Notes: generated from the sequence alone by a model not told the origin. A DNA stretch of 64,000 bases from Armatimonadota bacterium (GCA_963677485.1 OY781964.1:2176001-2240000), one strand, 5' to 3'. Shown: positions 49,681 to 59,941, counted from the stretch's first letter. Made by a program: numbers and translations.

Positions 49681-51678
49681 ATGCGTAAGGGTATTCATCT
49701 ACTATTCGCTGTTTCTGTGGCCACGTTCAGCGGTGCTCTACTGGCACAAACGCCCCCCTCAAGGATTGAGCTTCCTTCTGTTGCAGCCAGTAAGCCGCCA
49801 AAGATCGACGGTGTTTTAGACGATGCTTGCTGGACCACAGCCACTCGGGTCTCCGATTTCTATCTGCAGACCGAGGAGGTGTCCACTGAGAAGACAGATG
49901 CCTACATCAGCTATGATCAGCGAAGCATCTATGTGGCTTATTACTGCCATGACGCTCATCCCGAAACCATCCGTCATGAGCAGAGGCGGCGGCGGGGTTC
50001 GATGGGCTCAGATGACCGGGTTGAGCTTAATCTGGACACCTTTAACTCGTTACAGTCGGGTAAATGCTCCAAGTTTATTGTGAGTGCTGGTGGCTGCCAG
50101 TCCGAGACAATGCCCACAGGAAGTGTGAGCAAAACGGAGTGGCGTGGTGACTGGTATGCAGCCACCAAACAGGTGGACGACGGCTATATCGTGGAGATTG
50201 AGATACCGTGGACCATCCTGCAATACACAAACACCACAGGTAACCTGGGGATCATGTTCAACCGTTGGAAGGCCAGTACAGATAAGGACCACTCCAGCCC
50301 CAAAATGGGCGTCAACAAGGACCCCTTCCGCTGGTATATCTGGAAAGGGCTTCAGATGCCTAAGTCGGTACGGCGTCCTATGGTGATGCCATTTGTACTG
50401 ATGCATACCAGTCAGGACGACTCATCTGTCAAGGGTGGCGTCGATATGCGCTACGACCCCAACTCGCAGAGCACGGCCGTGCTCTCGATACTGCCCGACT
50501 TTTCGAGTGTGGAGCAGGCGGTTGAGAGTGTGAGCTTCAGCTACAACGAGCAGCAGCAGGGCGATAACCGACCCTTCTTTCAGGAAGGTGGCGGCTATTT
50601 CCCAGGTCCTGATATGCTTTATACCCGCCGGTTAGGTGATATCGACATCGGTGCCAAATACTTCAGCCGGGTCGGTGCGCTCAGCTACGGGCTGATGCAT
50701 GTCACCGCCGCCAACGGCGATGCCGCACAGGCGCTGACCGTTAAGAATGAGTTCGGCAACAAGGGAAACATCAACATCGCGGCCATGCAAACCGACTACC
50801 TGGGAAACTCAGGCACCGTTGCTACGTTGGGTGGCTCAATCAAGCTGTTTCAGAAGGACGCTCGCTTATGGAACATGTATGGTCAGGTTGGGCAGGCTGA
50901 CAACGGGCTGGGTATGGGCACTGGTAAACGCTATGATACCGGTATGGATTGGAGTGCTGGCCCACGTAAACTGGGAGCCTCTATAGGCTATAGCAGTATC
51001 GATGATAACTACAGACCCGCAATGGGCTATGTTCCTGAATTCGGTATCGACACTAAAAACATAGGTTTGTTCATATACGATGAGCCAAGTAACAATCTGG
51101 TCAATTTCTGGAAGCTGGAGTGCGGAGAGGGTGAGTCGTATTTCCAGACTGGGGAGCTGTTCCAGCGAAACTGGCGTTTGAACTTCAACGCAACTACGCT
51201 GAGCGGTTATTCCATTTCGCTGAATACTGGTGGAGGTAAAAGGCCGCCGCATCAGGACCGCATATCCGCTTTGGCTGTAGGCTGGGGGCATAACACGCTG
51301 TTCCGCGGAGGCGGTGCCAACATCACATTTGGCAAAATGGCGAGTGGTAATTACACCAACTGGTCAATAGGGCAAGGCTGGAACCTTGGGCCTAGCCTGA
51401 ATATGAACCTGAACTACACCAGCAGCAAGCTAGAAGAACCCAGCCCTGCTGCGTTCAAGGTGACCCAGATGGTGGCCTCATTTGCTTATGAGTTTCCGAC
51501 AGTTACCAGTGAACGCACCATCATCGGACGGTTTGTGAACCAGGAAAACAGCACCAACTTCTATCTGGCTTACCGGCAGAGCTCACGTCACGGTATGGAC
51601 ATTTACGTCACGCTGGGTGACCCCAACGCCCCTACCACAGAGGAATCGCTGACGGTGAAGCTGGTACAGGCGTTTTAG
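49681..51678 (+). CDS. CBM9-like + DUF5916-like outer-membrane protein, copy 2 (tandem paralog)
   Basis: Collinear with copy 1 over its full length; AGGAG upstream of ATG 49681; signal peptide. Confidence 0.75.
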   Translation: MRKGIHLLFAVSVATFSGALLAQTPPSRIELPSVAASKPPKIDGVLDDACWTTATRVSDFYLQTEEVSTEKTDAYISYDQRSIYVAYYCHDAHPETIRHEQRRRRGSMGSDDRVELNLDTFNSLQSGKCSKFIVSAGGCQSETMPTGSVSKTEWRGDWYAATKQVDDGYIVEIEIPWTILQYTNTTGNLGIMFNRWKASTDKDHSSPKMGVNKDPFRWYIWKGLQMPKSVRRPMVMPFVLMHTSQDDSSVKGGVDMRYDPNSQSTAVLSILPDFSSVEQAVESVSFSYNEQQQGDNRPFFQEGGGYFPGPDMLYTRRLGDIDIGAKYFSRVGALSYGLMHVTAANGDAAQALTVKNEFGNKGNINIAAMQTDYLGNSGTVATLGGSIKLFQKDARLWNMYGQVGQADNGLGMGTGKRYDTGMDWSAGPRKLGASIGYSSIDDNYRPAMGYVPEFGIDTKNIGLFIYDEPSNNLVNFWKLECGEGESYFQTGELFQRNWRLNFNATTLSGYSISLNTGGGKRPPHQDRISALAVGWGHNTLFRGGGANITFGKMASGNYTNWSIGQGWNLGPSLNMNLNYTSSKLEEPSPAAFKVTQMVASFAYEFPTVTSERTIIGRFVNQENSTNFYLAYRQSSRHGMDIYVTLGDPNAPTTEESLTVKLVQAF

Positions 51679-51698
51679 CGAACTTGGTATAGGCGACT

Positions 51699-51740
51699 GC
51701 ATCAGGCGGATCGGTCCGGTACGGCCATTCCGTCTGATGC
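51699..51740 (+). terminator. Hairpin after copy 2
   Basis: GCATCAGGCGGA...TCCGTCTGATGC stem, related to the hairpin after copy 1. Confidence 0.5.
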
Positions 51741-51774
51741 GGGTGGTTGATAACCGGCATAAAACACGCATCGC

Positions 51775-53184
51775 ATGGAAGGAAACATGGTCATGAAAGC
51801 TACTCCAAAAACAGGGAGCAAGCCAATATCACCCGCGCTCGTAAATAAAAAGGAGCCGCTCTACCTGCTGTTCTGGGGTGACCTCAAGCAGGTGCCCGGC
51901 CTGGTGAAGTTGATCGGCACCCGGGGCGACGGTCATCACATGCTCGGATTCGGCCTGCCATGCCCCACCATGGACGCGGAGAAGCAGGTGCAAGAGTATA
52001 TCCGCCAGGCATTCGCAACCGCTCGCAGTCATAACATGGCGGTGATGCTGCACTTCGACTTCAATGTGGCCTGGGAGAACCGACCAGACCTTTGGAACTG
52101 GTTCGATTCCAACAAGCCCGGTTACAACCCTGGCAACCGGCAGAACGTGGAGTGGTATGGCTGGGATGGTCCGCCCTCGAAGACGCGATACCTGAACCAC
52201 GGCATCACAAAGCGTATGGCCCCGCCGATATGTTTCACCAGCAGGCGGGTTCGTCAGGAATGGGCGCGCCTGATACGAGAGGTGATCGCACCGAATTTGC
52301 GTCGGGAGATCGCCGCACTGAAGCGGGATGGCAAAGAGCATCTGTTCGCTGGCGTGCTGGCGGGTTCTGAGCCCATGATCGACAACTACATGAAGCCCGA
52401 CGCAGACACGGAGAGGCTGATGAAAGCCGACGGCACACCGAAGGGACGGCTGGGATATCGCGCGCTGATGAACCGCGGCTATAGCAAGCTCCATCCCCCG
52501 AAAGATTTGACAGCCGCACTCTGCACCATCGTAGAGGAGACCGTCGCCTTCTGGTGCCAGCAATTCGCTGATGCTGGTATTCCCATCGCGAAAATCTACC
52601 CCCATGTGGCACCTCAACTACCGTTGGAGATTACGGCTGCCCCAATCTCTGCGGCGTTCAACCGATGGTCACGTCCCGGCTGGACGACCTACGCGGTTGG
52701 GCAGTTAAATGATAGCTTCGAGCCGCTATACAGTGAGCTAAAGAAGCACGGTAATCCGCCCTGGGCAGGTGTCGAGGCCAACGCATGGTTTCACGAGTCG
52801 CTGGACTGGGAGACGTATATGGGCTGGCACTTCAACCACGGGGCAGTCTTAATGGCTGTCAACTGTGGTGCCACCGGTACGGAGCTGCCCACCCAGCTTC
52901 ACAAGTCGGCATTCGGGCCTGCGGCCATCGCAGCCTACCGAAAGTTCCTGCAGGGAGGGACGCTCAAGGAGAGGCGGATCTCCACCGACCGGTCGTTAAA
53001 GGCGAAGATGGCGATCCTGCAGGCAGGTTTTCAGTCATGGCAGCGGAGCGGGCGCGACCCGACACCGATCGTGAAAGAGGTGACGGAGCGTTTGCAGTTT
53101 TTTCTGAACCAGGGGAAGAAGGACGAAGCGGAAGCCGTCATCGACGCAGGGATCAGGAAGCTTGGGTTGAAAGCAGCGAAGTAA
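51775..53184 (+). CDS. Hypothetical glycoside-hydrolase-like TIM-barrel protein, copy 1 (no signal peptide)
   Basis: RPDLWNWFD, NVEWYGW, GVLAGSEP and WAGVEAN; collinear with 53206-54687. Confidence 0.65.
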   Translation: MEGNMVMKATPKTGSKPISPALVNKKEPLYLLFWGDLKQVPGLVKLIGTRGDGHHMLGFGLPCPTMDAEKQVQEYIRQAFATARSHNMAVMLHFDFNVAWENRPDLWNWFDSNKPGYNPGNRQNVEWYGWDGPPSKTRYLNHGITKRMAPPICFTSRRVRQEWARLIREVIAPNLRREIAALKRDGKEHLFAGVLAGSEPMIDNYMKPDADTERLMKADGTPKGRLGYRALMNRGYSKLHPPKDLTAALCTIVEETVAFWCQQFADAGIPIAKIYPHVAPQLPLEITAAPISAAFNRWSRPGWTTYAVGQLNDSFEPLYSELKKHGNPPWAGVEANAWFHESLDWETYMGWHFNHGAVLMAVNCGATGTELPTQLHKSAFGPAAIAAYRKFLQGGTLKERRISTDRSLKAKMAILQAGFQSWQRSGRDPTPIVKEVTERLQFFLNQGKKDEAEAVIDAGIRKLGLKAAK

Positions 53185-53205
53185 TGGAATCACAGGGAGC
53201 CAAAC

Positions 53206-54687
53206 ATGAAGAGGAAAACCGCATTGATCTTAGGGACCGTGCTGATCGTTGCTGTATTGGCAGTTGTTGCAATGAAAAATGAATCACCTCGGGCACTCCC
53301 AGTTGCTAATGTAAAGACAGCTACCGCGCTCGGAAGCCAAAAAGAACCCTCCTACCTGCTGTTTTGGCGAGCACCTGATCAAGTACCTGAACTCATCAAG
53401 TCTATCGGCACTCAAGGCGATGGCCGTCATCTACTCGGATTCGGCGTGCCATGCTCTACCTTCGAGCAGGAGATAAGTGTACCCGGGCAGATCCGTTTAA
53501 CATTCGCAACCGCACGAAAGTATAACATTGCGGTGATGGTACACTTTGATTTCCACGTGGCCTGGAAAAGCCGGCCTGACCTTTGGAACTGGTTCGACCC
53601 TAATAAGCCAGGCTACAATCCCGCCAACCAGCAGAATGTGGAGTGGTACGGCTGGGACGGCCCACCGGCGAAGACGCGCTATTTGAACTGGGGTGTCACG
53701 GAGCGTATGCCCCCGCCGATGTGTTTCACGAGTAAGCAGATCCGCCAAGAATGGACGCGCTTGATTCGGGAGGTGATCAGTCCTACCTTGAAGCAAGAGA
53801 TCGCCGCGCTGAAGCGGGAGGGCAAAGAGCGCCTGTTCGCTGGCGTGTTGGTGGGCTCCGAGCCGATGTTCGACAACTACATGAAGCCCGACCCTGAGAT
53901 GGAAAAGATGATGGCGGCCGACGGCACAGCGAAGGGTCGGCTTGGATACCGTTCGCTGATGAACCGCGGCTACAGCAAGGCCAATCTTCCGAAGAATATG
54001 ACAGAGACACTCGGATCGATCACTCAGGAGACCGTGGCCTTCTGGTGCAAGCAGTTCGCGGATGCCGGTATTCCCACTTCAAAACTCTACCCACATGTGG
54101 CACCTCAACTTCCTGAGCAGGAGACGGGGGCGCCCGTTTCGGCGGCTTTCAACAAATGGTCGCGTCCAGGCTGGTCGACTTACCCGGTTGGGGTGCTGGG
54201 TGATAGTTTCAAACCGCTGTATGTAGAGCTCCAAAAGCACGGCAATCCGCGGTGGGCCGGCGTGGAGTCCAACGCGTGGTTCCCCGGCGGATCTGTAGAT
54301 TGGGAGACCTATCTGGGTTGGCACTATAACCACGGTGCCGCTATCGTGGCGATCAACGTCGGAGCGACAGGCACCGAACTGCCTGACCGGCTATCAAAGG
54401 CCGCATTCAGTCCAGAGGCCATCAAGGCCTATCATAAGTTCCTGCAGGGAGGGACACTTAAGGAGACCGGACTGACCTCCAAACAACAAGGCGCCAGGCT
54501 GCAGAGCAAGATGAAGACACTGCAAGCAGGCTTCAAAGTTTGGCAATCCAGCGGGCGCGACCCGTCACCGATCGTGCAAGAGGTTACTAAGCACCTTCAA
54601 CCGTTGCTGCAAGAAGGCAAGATTGCGGAGGCCGAGGCGGTTATTGACGCGGCGATCAAGAAGCTTGGGGTGAAAGAGGCGAAGTGA
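53206..54687 (+). CDS. Hypothetical glycoside-hydrolase-like TIM-barrel protein, copy 2 (N-terminal signal/anchor)
   Basis: MKRKTALILGTVLIVAVLAVVA; GGGAG RBS; paralog of the preceding gene. Confidence 0.7.
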   Translation: MKRKTALILGTVLIVAVLAVVAMKNESPRALPVANVKTATALGSQKEPSYLLFWRAPDQVPELIKSIGTQGDGRHLLGFGVPCSTFEQEISVPGQIRLTFATARKYNIAVMVHFDFHVAWKSRPDLWNWFDPNKPGYNPANQQNVEWYGWDGPPAKTRYLNWGVTERMPPPMCFTSKQIRQEWTRLIREVISPTLKQEIAALKREGKERLFAGVLVGSEPMFDNYMKPDPEMEKMMAADGTAKGRLGYRSLMNRGYSKANLPKNMTETLGSITQETVAFWCKQFADAGIPTSKLYPHVAPQLPEQETGAPVSAAFNKWSRPGWSTYPVGVLGDSFKPLYVELQKHGNPRWAGVESNAWFPGGSVDWETYLGWHYNHGAAIVAINVGATGTELPDRLSKAAFSPEAIKAYHKFLQGGTLKETGLTSKQQGARLQSKMKTLQAGFKVWQSSGRDPSPIVQEVTKHLQPLLQEGKIAEAEAVIDAAIKKLGVKEAK

Positions 54688-54691
54688 CAGT

Positions 54692-54820
54692 GGCTGCGGG
54701 CTGAAAGCGCAGGCGATGGCATGTGAATCATCCCTCGTCCCCGCGCCCTGAAGGACAGTCTACTACCCATAGTTATTGCATGGCCAGTAGGTCACCGATT
54801 CCGAGACATTTATGTCGTGG
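54692..54820. repeat. Family B degenerate copy
   Basis: CCCCGCGCCCTGAAGGAC and CCGAGACATTTATGTCG are shared with 18722-18861; GCGGGCTGAAAG is the reverse complement of the motif at 62761. Confidence 0.65.
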
Positions 54821-54890
54821 CGTGGTATGTACACGAGATCGCCATTGGCATCCGGGGCGGCGAAATGCCATCGCTGCCCCGGTGTTCGTT

Positions 54891-56498
54891 CTACTTCACT
54901 ACTGGCAGCACCAGCACACTGGGATGGGCAGCATTCAGCAAAATGCTGTTCGTGGCGACGATGGTCTTCGTCGCCTGCCAGGGCAGTTCGCCTGTGTTGG
55001 GGTTCACATCGAACCTCGGCGAGTTGCTGCTGCTGATGGCCAGCCGGATGCGGTGCCCCTTGTTGAATATCAGGCTGGTGGACCACAGGTCGACCTCCAC
55101 CTGCGCCGGCTTGCCCGGGGTGAGCAGCTCTGGCTTGGACAACGACTTCCGCACGCGGGCGCGGATGATGCCGTCGCAGACCAACATGCTGCGGCCGTCC
55201 GGGTAGACGTCGGTCAGCTTCGCGGTGAAGTCGGTGTCCTTCGCGGTGCTGGTGATCCACAGTTTGGCCTTGATGCGACCGGTGACCTCCAGAGGCTGCC
55301 TGAGCACATCGGTGCTGAACAGCAGCACATCGGGTCGGTTTTCAGATGGGCGCTGGTCCATCGGCCCCGCGGCGATGGTGAGGTTGCAGCCGCCGAGTGT
55401 CGGTACCGGGTTCTTTGGGTCGAACTGGTAGCTGAGCGGTTTGTGGCTCGATTTCGGCTTACTGGTGCTCAACAGCGATCCAGGCTGCAGATAGTAGGCT
55501 GTCTGCTGCGCCGGAACCGGCCAGGAATCGGCGATGCGCCACTCATTACCCGGTGCATTGGCCTCGCCTACTGCTCCCATGGTGTAGTATTGAACCGCGG
55601 GCACTGGAACCGCCGTTTTGATGCCTTTCAACTTATCATTTAGCCACTCGACACTGGCGATGATCGGGTTGACCTTAGCGGCATTCGGGAATGTAAACAC
55701 GCCGACTTTATCATAGCTTCCGTGGCTGAATGGTCCTAATATCAACCTCTGCTGGCCTCTGGCTCCTGGCCCACCCCGCTTCTGAAGCCCCTCAAAGGCG
55801 TCCAGGGTGCCTTGCTGGAAAGTGTCATACCATCCGCCGATATGCAGGCCGGGCACGTTGACGGTTGAGAACCGCTCCGCAAGGTTCATTTTTTCCCAGA
55901 ATCCATCGTAATATGGGTGGGCGTGCCAGATTGCCAGGTTGTCTGCATTGAACTGGCACATCTTCAGCCAGTTCACAATCTGTTCTTCTCGCATCGCACC
56001 GTTCTGGAAGGCACACTGGTTGTAGATGCTGGTTGGGGCCATGATGGCACAGATCGCGGTCAAGCCGGCCGGTTGGCTGCCCGCCATTTGGTATTGCGTG
56101 ATGGCGTTGGCGCTTCCGCCGAATGTGCCGATTTTGCCGTTGCACCACTTTTGCGACTTGACCCAGGCGACGCAGTCTGCCCCGTCCTGGTTGGTGTTCC
56201 AGCCGTCATCCACGAATATCTTCGAGAGGCCTTCGGATTTGTAGCGTCCGCGTGTGCTTTGGATCACCACCGCGTAGCCCTGCCCCACAAATCCCTCCGC
56301 ACCGTTGCGCTCGTATGGTGTGCGGATCAAGACCACAGGGAAGGGGCCGTCGCCTTTGGGAAGGTAGATGTCGGTGGCCAGTTTCGTGCCGTCACGCATG
56401 GGCAGCATCTCGGTGGTAAACGGCTCTGCTTTTGATGAGCAGCCGAATGTCAGCAGTATGGCGATGGCAGCACATAGCCGGATGAGTAGGGTGCGCAA
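54891..56498 (-). CDS. CocE/NonD family serine hydrolase, exported
   Basis: MRDGTKLATDIYLP, RTPY, WCNGKIGTFGGSA, GGWYD, GPFSH, DTDFTAKLTDVYPDG and GHRIRLAISSSNSPRF. Confidence 0.95.
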   Translation of the reverse strand: MRTLLIRLCAAIAILLTFGCSSKAEPFTTEMLPMRDGTKLATDIYLPKGDGPFPVVLIRTPYERNGAEGFVGQGYAVVIQSTRGRYKSEGLSKIFVDDGWNTNQDGADCVAWVKSQKWCNGKIGTFGGSANAITQYQMAGSQPAGLTAICAIMAPTSIYNQCAFQNGAMREEQIVNWLKMCQFNADNLAIWHAHPYYDGFWEKMNLAERFSTVNVPGLHIGGWYDTFQQGTLDAFEGLQKRGGPGARGQQRLILGPFSHGSYDKVGVFTFPNAAKVNPIIASVEWLNDKLKGIKTAVPVPAVQYYTMGAVGEANAPGNEWRIADSWPVPAQQTAYYLQPGSLLSTSKPKSSHKPLSYQFDPKNPVPTLGGCNLTIAAGPMDQRPSENRPDVLLFSTDVLRQPLEVTGRIKAKLWITSTAKDTDFTAKLTDVYPDGRSMLVCDGIIRARVRKSLSKPELLTPGKPAQVEVDLWSTSLIFNKGHRIRLAISSSNSPRFDVNPNTGELPWQATKTIVATNSILLNAAHPSVLVLPVVK

Positions 56499-56572
56499 AA
56501 TGGGCCTCCAGATGGGTGTGTTTTACGGATATCATACCCGCTCGCAGGGAGGGATGCAAGCAGGGGGGTAGC

Positions 56573-56933
56573 TCACGCGGAGACGCGGATGTTTTGCACC
56601 GGAAGGGATTGGTAATCCACAGATGACACAGATGGCACAGATTAGGTATCGACCGCGTCGGTTTTTAGTAGGCTCTTAATCGCCATGCAGCCCGTCTCCG
56701 GCGCGGTCTGGCGGATTGCCCTATCTAGTGGCCATCCGTGCCGCGGGTTTAGTCACCCCACGGGACTGGCGTCCCTGACGGGGTTCCTGCACCGCATGGC
56801 TGATCATTAGCGGCCGGCGTCGCTCCGCTCCGGCCGGCGCAAGGGAGGGCAGCCATCGCATCTTGAGTGCCTACATCCGGGGCGGGCTGACGGTACGCTA
56901 AAGGCGGTGGAAGGCCAAAGACCGCGCCGGTCT
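56573..56933. repeat. Composite repeat field: family D (56573-56643), family A fragments (56648-56720, 56868-56933), family C (56739-56820)
   Basis: TCACGCGGAGACGCGGA; CACAGATGA-CACAGATGG-CACAGATT; direct matches to the other copies in the window. Confidence 0.75.
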
Positions 56934-57076
56934 TTCACACTCGGGCAACCCTCAACCATATGGACTTGTCGATTATGGGTTAGCCTGATTTAACCACCAT
57001 TCATGCGTATATAGCACCAATGGATGCCAGGGAGAACGATAGTTGAGTCATGTGTCATGTCATGACCATCTCACGA

Positions 57077-59941
57077 CTATAAAGTACCACCATCAAGTCT
57101 GAACCCATATTGGAACCCAATCTCATCTAAAATACACCGAATATCCTTTCGACTGAGCCCTTGTTGGACGAGGCATTTTGCGTAGTTTACAGTGATATCA
57201 CTAAGGTTTGGATGGGGTGACTTCATTGTCGCTGAAATCTTCATCAGTCCTACTAGTGCACGACGAAACAAAGGAGCAGCACTATTAAAATCGCCTATAT
57301 GGGCGAGAACTCCAGCCAAGTTGTTTACACTCACCAGTGTTTTTGGATGATCATTCCCTAAAACCTGCTCGCGAGTGTCCATCGCACGCTTATACAGCAC
57401 CTTCGCACCTTTGACATCGCCTTTCTTTTCGAGAATTCCTGCCAGGTTGTTCACACTACTTAGCGTGTCGGGATGATCCGATCCCAATACCCTCTCGCGA
57501 ATCTCCAACGTCTGATGGTGTAATAACTCCGCGTTAGCATCGTCACCGATACGTACAAGCACAAAAGCTAGGTTATTCATGGTGCTTAGTGTGTCGGAAT
57601 GCTCAAACCCCAGCACACGCTTGCGTACCTCAAGCACATTTTCGTATAGCTCCTTCGCGTTGTCTAAATCACCTTTACTATCTAGGATCCCTGCTATATT
57701 AAATGCAACCATCAACGTATCACGATGCTCTGGGCCAAATGCTTGTTCGCTGTATCCCATTGCACACCGGAATAACTGCTCTGCGTTATCGTAATCGCCT
57801 TTAGCCGCCATCAACTCAGCCATGTTGTTCATTGTCGTAATTGTGATGGGGTGTTCAGGTCCCAAGAGCCGATCGCTTGCCTCATATGCACGTTGGTAGA
57901 GGAGCTCAGCGCCTACCCAGTCACCAATTAAGTATAAGACCAAACCCAGATTGGTAACCTCAGTGATGGTTATTAGATCGTCGGCCCCGAGTATGGTTTC
58001 AAGAACCTCGATTTCTCTGCGCAATAGGTTTGCGGCATCATTATATTTGCCAATTTCCTTCCATTGCATGGCGACCTTTTTAGCTATCCATGGTCCATGA
58101 TCCCAAACCTTCTCATCTAACAATAAGTGGGCCAAGGCACTTAGAGGTTCGACTTCCCAACGGTTGTTTCCGGCAAGACTCTCTTCCTCCAGAAATGCAC
58201 ACCGTTCCCGAGCGAGTGTGGTCAGACAGTTTATATGATTCTCAGCATCGTGATCGTTGCTTCGTACCATTTCTCCTACCAGTCGGTGCATGCGCAGAAG
58301 GTTTGGCTCACTGGCCTCGCCGTCGACACGGCTGAACAGAGCCAGCCGCAGGAGCCTTTGCCAGAGTTCGCGCCATGGATCGGCTACGAGCCGCGTGGGC
58401 TGGAGTATTTCCGGGAAATCTTTACCAACCAATTCGCGTAACCATGGCAGCACCACGTACTCGGGAGGCAGGTGTGCAGCGTACTCGAGCAGGCGGTGTT
58501 CGATGGGTTTCAATTCCTGCAACACCGGGCCAAACACGGCACTCAACCGGCGTTCGTGGTTATGCCGGCGCAGTTCCACGTCCTCATCGCCTGCGATGTC
58601 TTCCAGGTCTTGCAACCCCAATCCATCGGCAAATACCACATAGTCTGAGCCGGGATGCGCAGCCAGATACGCAGCCACCAATTCTACCGCAAGCGTAAAG
58701 CCACCTAACCGTTTCACGATATGACCGGCCGCCACGCGATCCGCGTCATTGACTAAAGGTCGATGTTTTTCCAGCATGGACAGGGCGTCGAGATCGGGCA
58801 GTTCGCTCAAGGTAAGCCAATTACCACCGGTCGGCGGGAGCAAGCGCGTGGTGGCCAGCAGGTGAAGCTTTGGGCCGAGAGTGGTGAGGCAATCAATCTG
58901 CTGCGGGCTGACGAGGGCAGAGTCAGAGACATTGTCCAAGACAAGCAGGATGTGGCCCTTGTCGGCGAGGCGCGCAGCCAGACAGCGGGCTACGGCGGCA
59001 AAGTAAGTTTCCGTCGTCTTGCGTTCATCGTCGCTGATGTTCCGTTGGATATCGTGGAAATCACCGAGGCAGAGCACCGCTTGTTGCAAGCTCTCCTTGC
59101 CGTCGCACGGGATCAGGAACCGTCCGCCAGGATATGCGCTGGCAAAGGCGTGTGCGTAGGTGAGGGCCAACTCGGTCTTGCCGATACCACCTAGCCCATG
59201 CACGCCGCAGACCACTCCGGCCTGATCGTCTTTGAGGCGCTTTCTCAGTTCGAGTAATTCGTCAATTCGGCCGGAGAACATCTTGTTGTAGGGTGGAACG
59301 GTGGTTTCGCTTGTAGCCGCGGTAGAAACAAGTTGCGCGTGATGGTTCAGGTCTTGGGCTAGAGTGCTGAGCACGCGATGCAGGTCATCGCGGCGCAGTG
59401 CGTCAATCCCTTCGTCCGCGAAGGGTTTGGTAAAGTCCGTTAGAAGCTGGCGGCGGCGGACTTGTTTGACGACCGGAGCGGTGGAGGCAAGAAAGACCTC
59501 ATAGGGCGCAGGCACTCCGCACAGTTCGGCGACCTTTAGTGCGACGGCATTATCGTCCAACGCTCCTTTGCCTATAAAACCGGGCACTTCGACCAAATAG
59601 ACCGGGCGTACTCCTTCGGTGAGGATGTGCTTGGCGATTTCGGTGTCTATCCACGCCCGCCATTCGCGTCGACACCAATCGCTAGCGAAGTAGTTCGGTG
59701 AGATGAAGGCCAAGAACATCCGGGATTGGGCGATGCCATGAAGCAGGGTGTGTTCCCAATCGCGCCCCACCTCAATGTCTTTTTTGTCGAAGAACTCCTT
59801 CAGAGGGGGGAGGTCGGGGAAGAATTTGGCGTGTTCGGCCTTGAGTTCCTTGACGAACTCCGTGACCCAGCCAGTGGTATTGTCTGCTTTGGCGTAGGAG
59901 ACGAAAAAGTCGAATTTGTCAGTGTCTCTTGTTGTGGCCAT
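57077..59941 (-). CDS. TIR - STAND (NB-ARC-like) ATPase - TPR protein; bacterial NLR-like candidate defence protein
   Basis: TIR: FDFFVSYA, FFDKKDI, ISPNYFASDWCRRE. Walker A GLGGIGKT, Walker B LLVLDNV, LATTR, GGFTLAV, MHRLV. Six LGx[ED]H/D-type TPRs. GGAG RBS before ATG 59941 (the ORF caller extends it to 60013). Confidence 0.92.
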   Translation of the reverse strand: MATTRDTDKFDFFVSYAKADNTTGWVTEFVKELKAEHAKFFPDLPPLKEFFDKKDIEVGRDWEHTLLHGIAQSRMFLAFISPNYFASDWCRREWRAWIDTEIAKHILTEGVRPVYLVEVPGFIGKGALDDNAVALKVAELCGVPAPYEVFLASTAPVVKQVRRRQLLTDFTKPFADEGIDALRRDDLHRVLSTLAQDLNHHAQLVSTAATSETTVPPYNKMFSGRIDELLELRKRLKDDQAGVVCGVHGLGGIGKTELALTYAHAFASAYPGGRFLIPCDGKESLQQAVLCLGDFHDIQRNISDDERKTTETYFAAVARCLAARLADKGHILLVLDNVSDSALVSPQQIDCLTTLGPKLHLLATTRLLPPTGGNWLTLSELPDLDALSMLEKHRPLVNDADRVAAGHIVKRLGGFTLAVELVAAYLAAHPGSDYVVFADGLGLQDLEDIAGDEDVELRRHNHERRLSAVFGPVLQELKPIEHRLLEYAAHLPPEYVVLPWLRELVGKDFPEILQPTRLVADPWRELWQRLLRLALFSRVDGEASEPNLLRMHRLVGEMVRSNDHDAENHINCLTTLARERCAFLEEESLAGNNRWEVEPLSALAHLLLDEKVWDHGPWIAKKVAMQWKEIGKYNDAANLLRREIEVLETILGADDLITITEVTNLGLVLYLIGDWVGAELLYQRAYEASDRLLGPEHPITITTMNNMAELMAAKGDYDNAEQLFRCAMGYSEQAFGPEHRDTLMVAFNIAGILDSKGDLDNAKELYENVLEVRKRVLGFEHSDTLSTMNNLAFVLVRIGDDANAELLHHQTLEIRERVLGSDHPDTLSSVNNLAGILEKKGDVKGAKVLYKRAMDTREQVLGNDHPKTLVSVNNLAGVLAHIGDFNSAAPLFRRALVGLMKISATMKSPHPNLSDITVNYAKCLVQQGLSRKDIRCILDEIGFQYGFRLDGGTL

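Noticed and set aside
56095-56130. CocE as an inactive enzyme because GxSY reads GGSA
   Set aside because: The Ser, Asp (GWYD), His (GPFSH) and oxyanion Tyr (RTPY) are all retained.
57077-59941. Thoeris or FxSxx-COOH system assignment
   Set aside because: No ThsA-like effector, radical SAM or precursor-peptide partner is adjacent; the gene stands alone.
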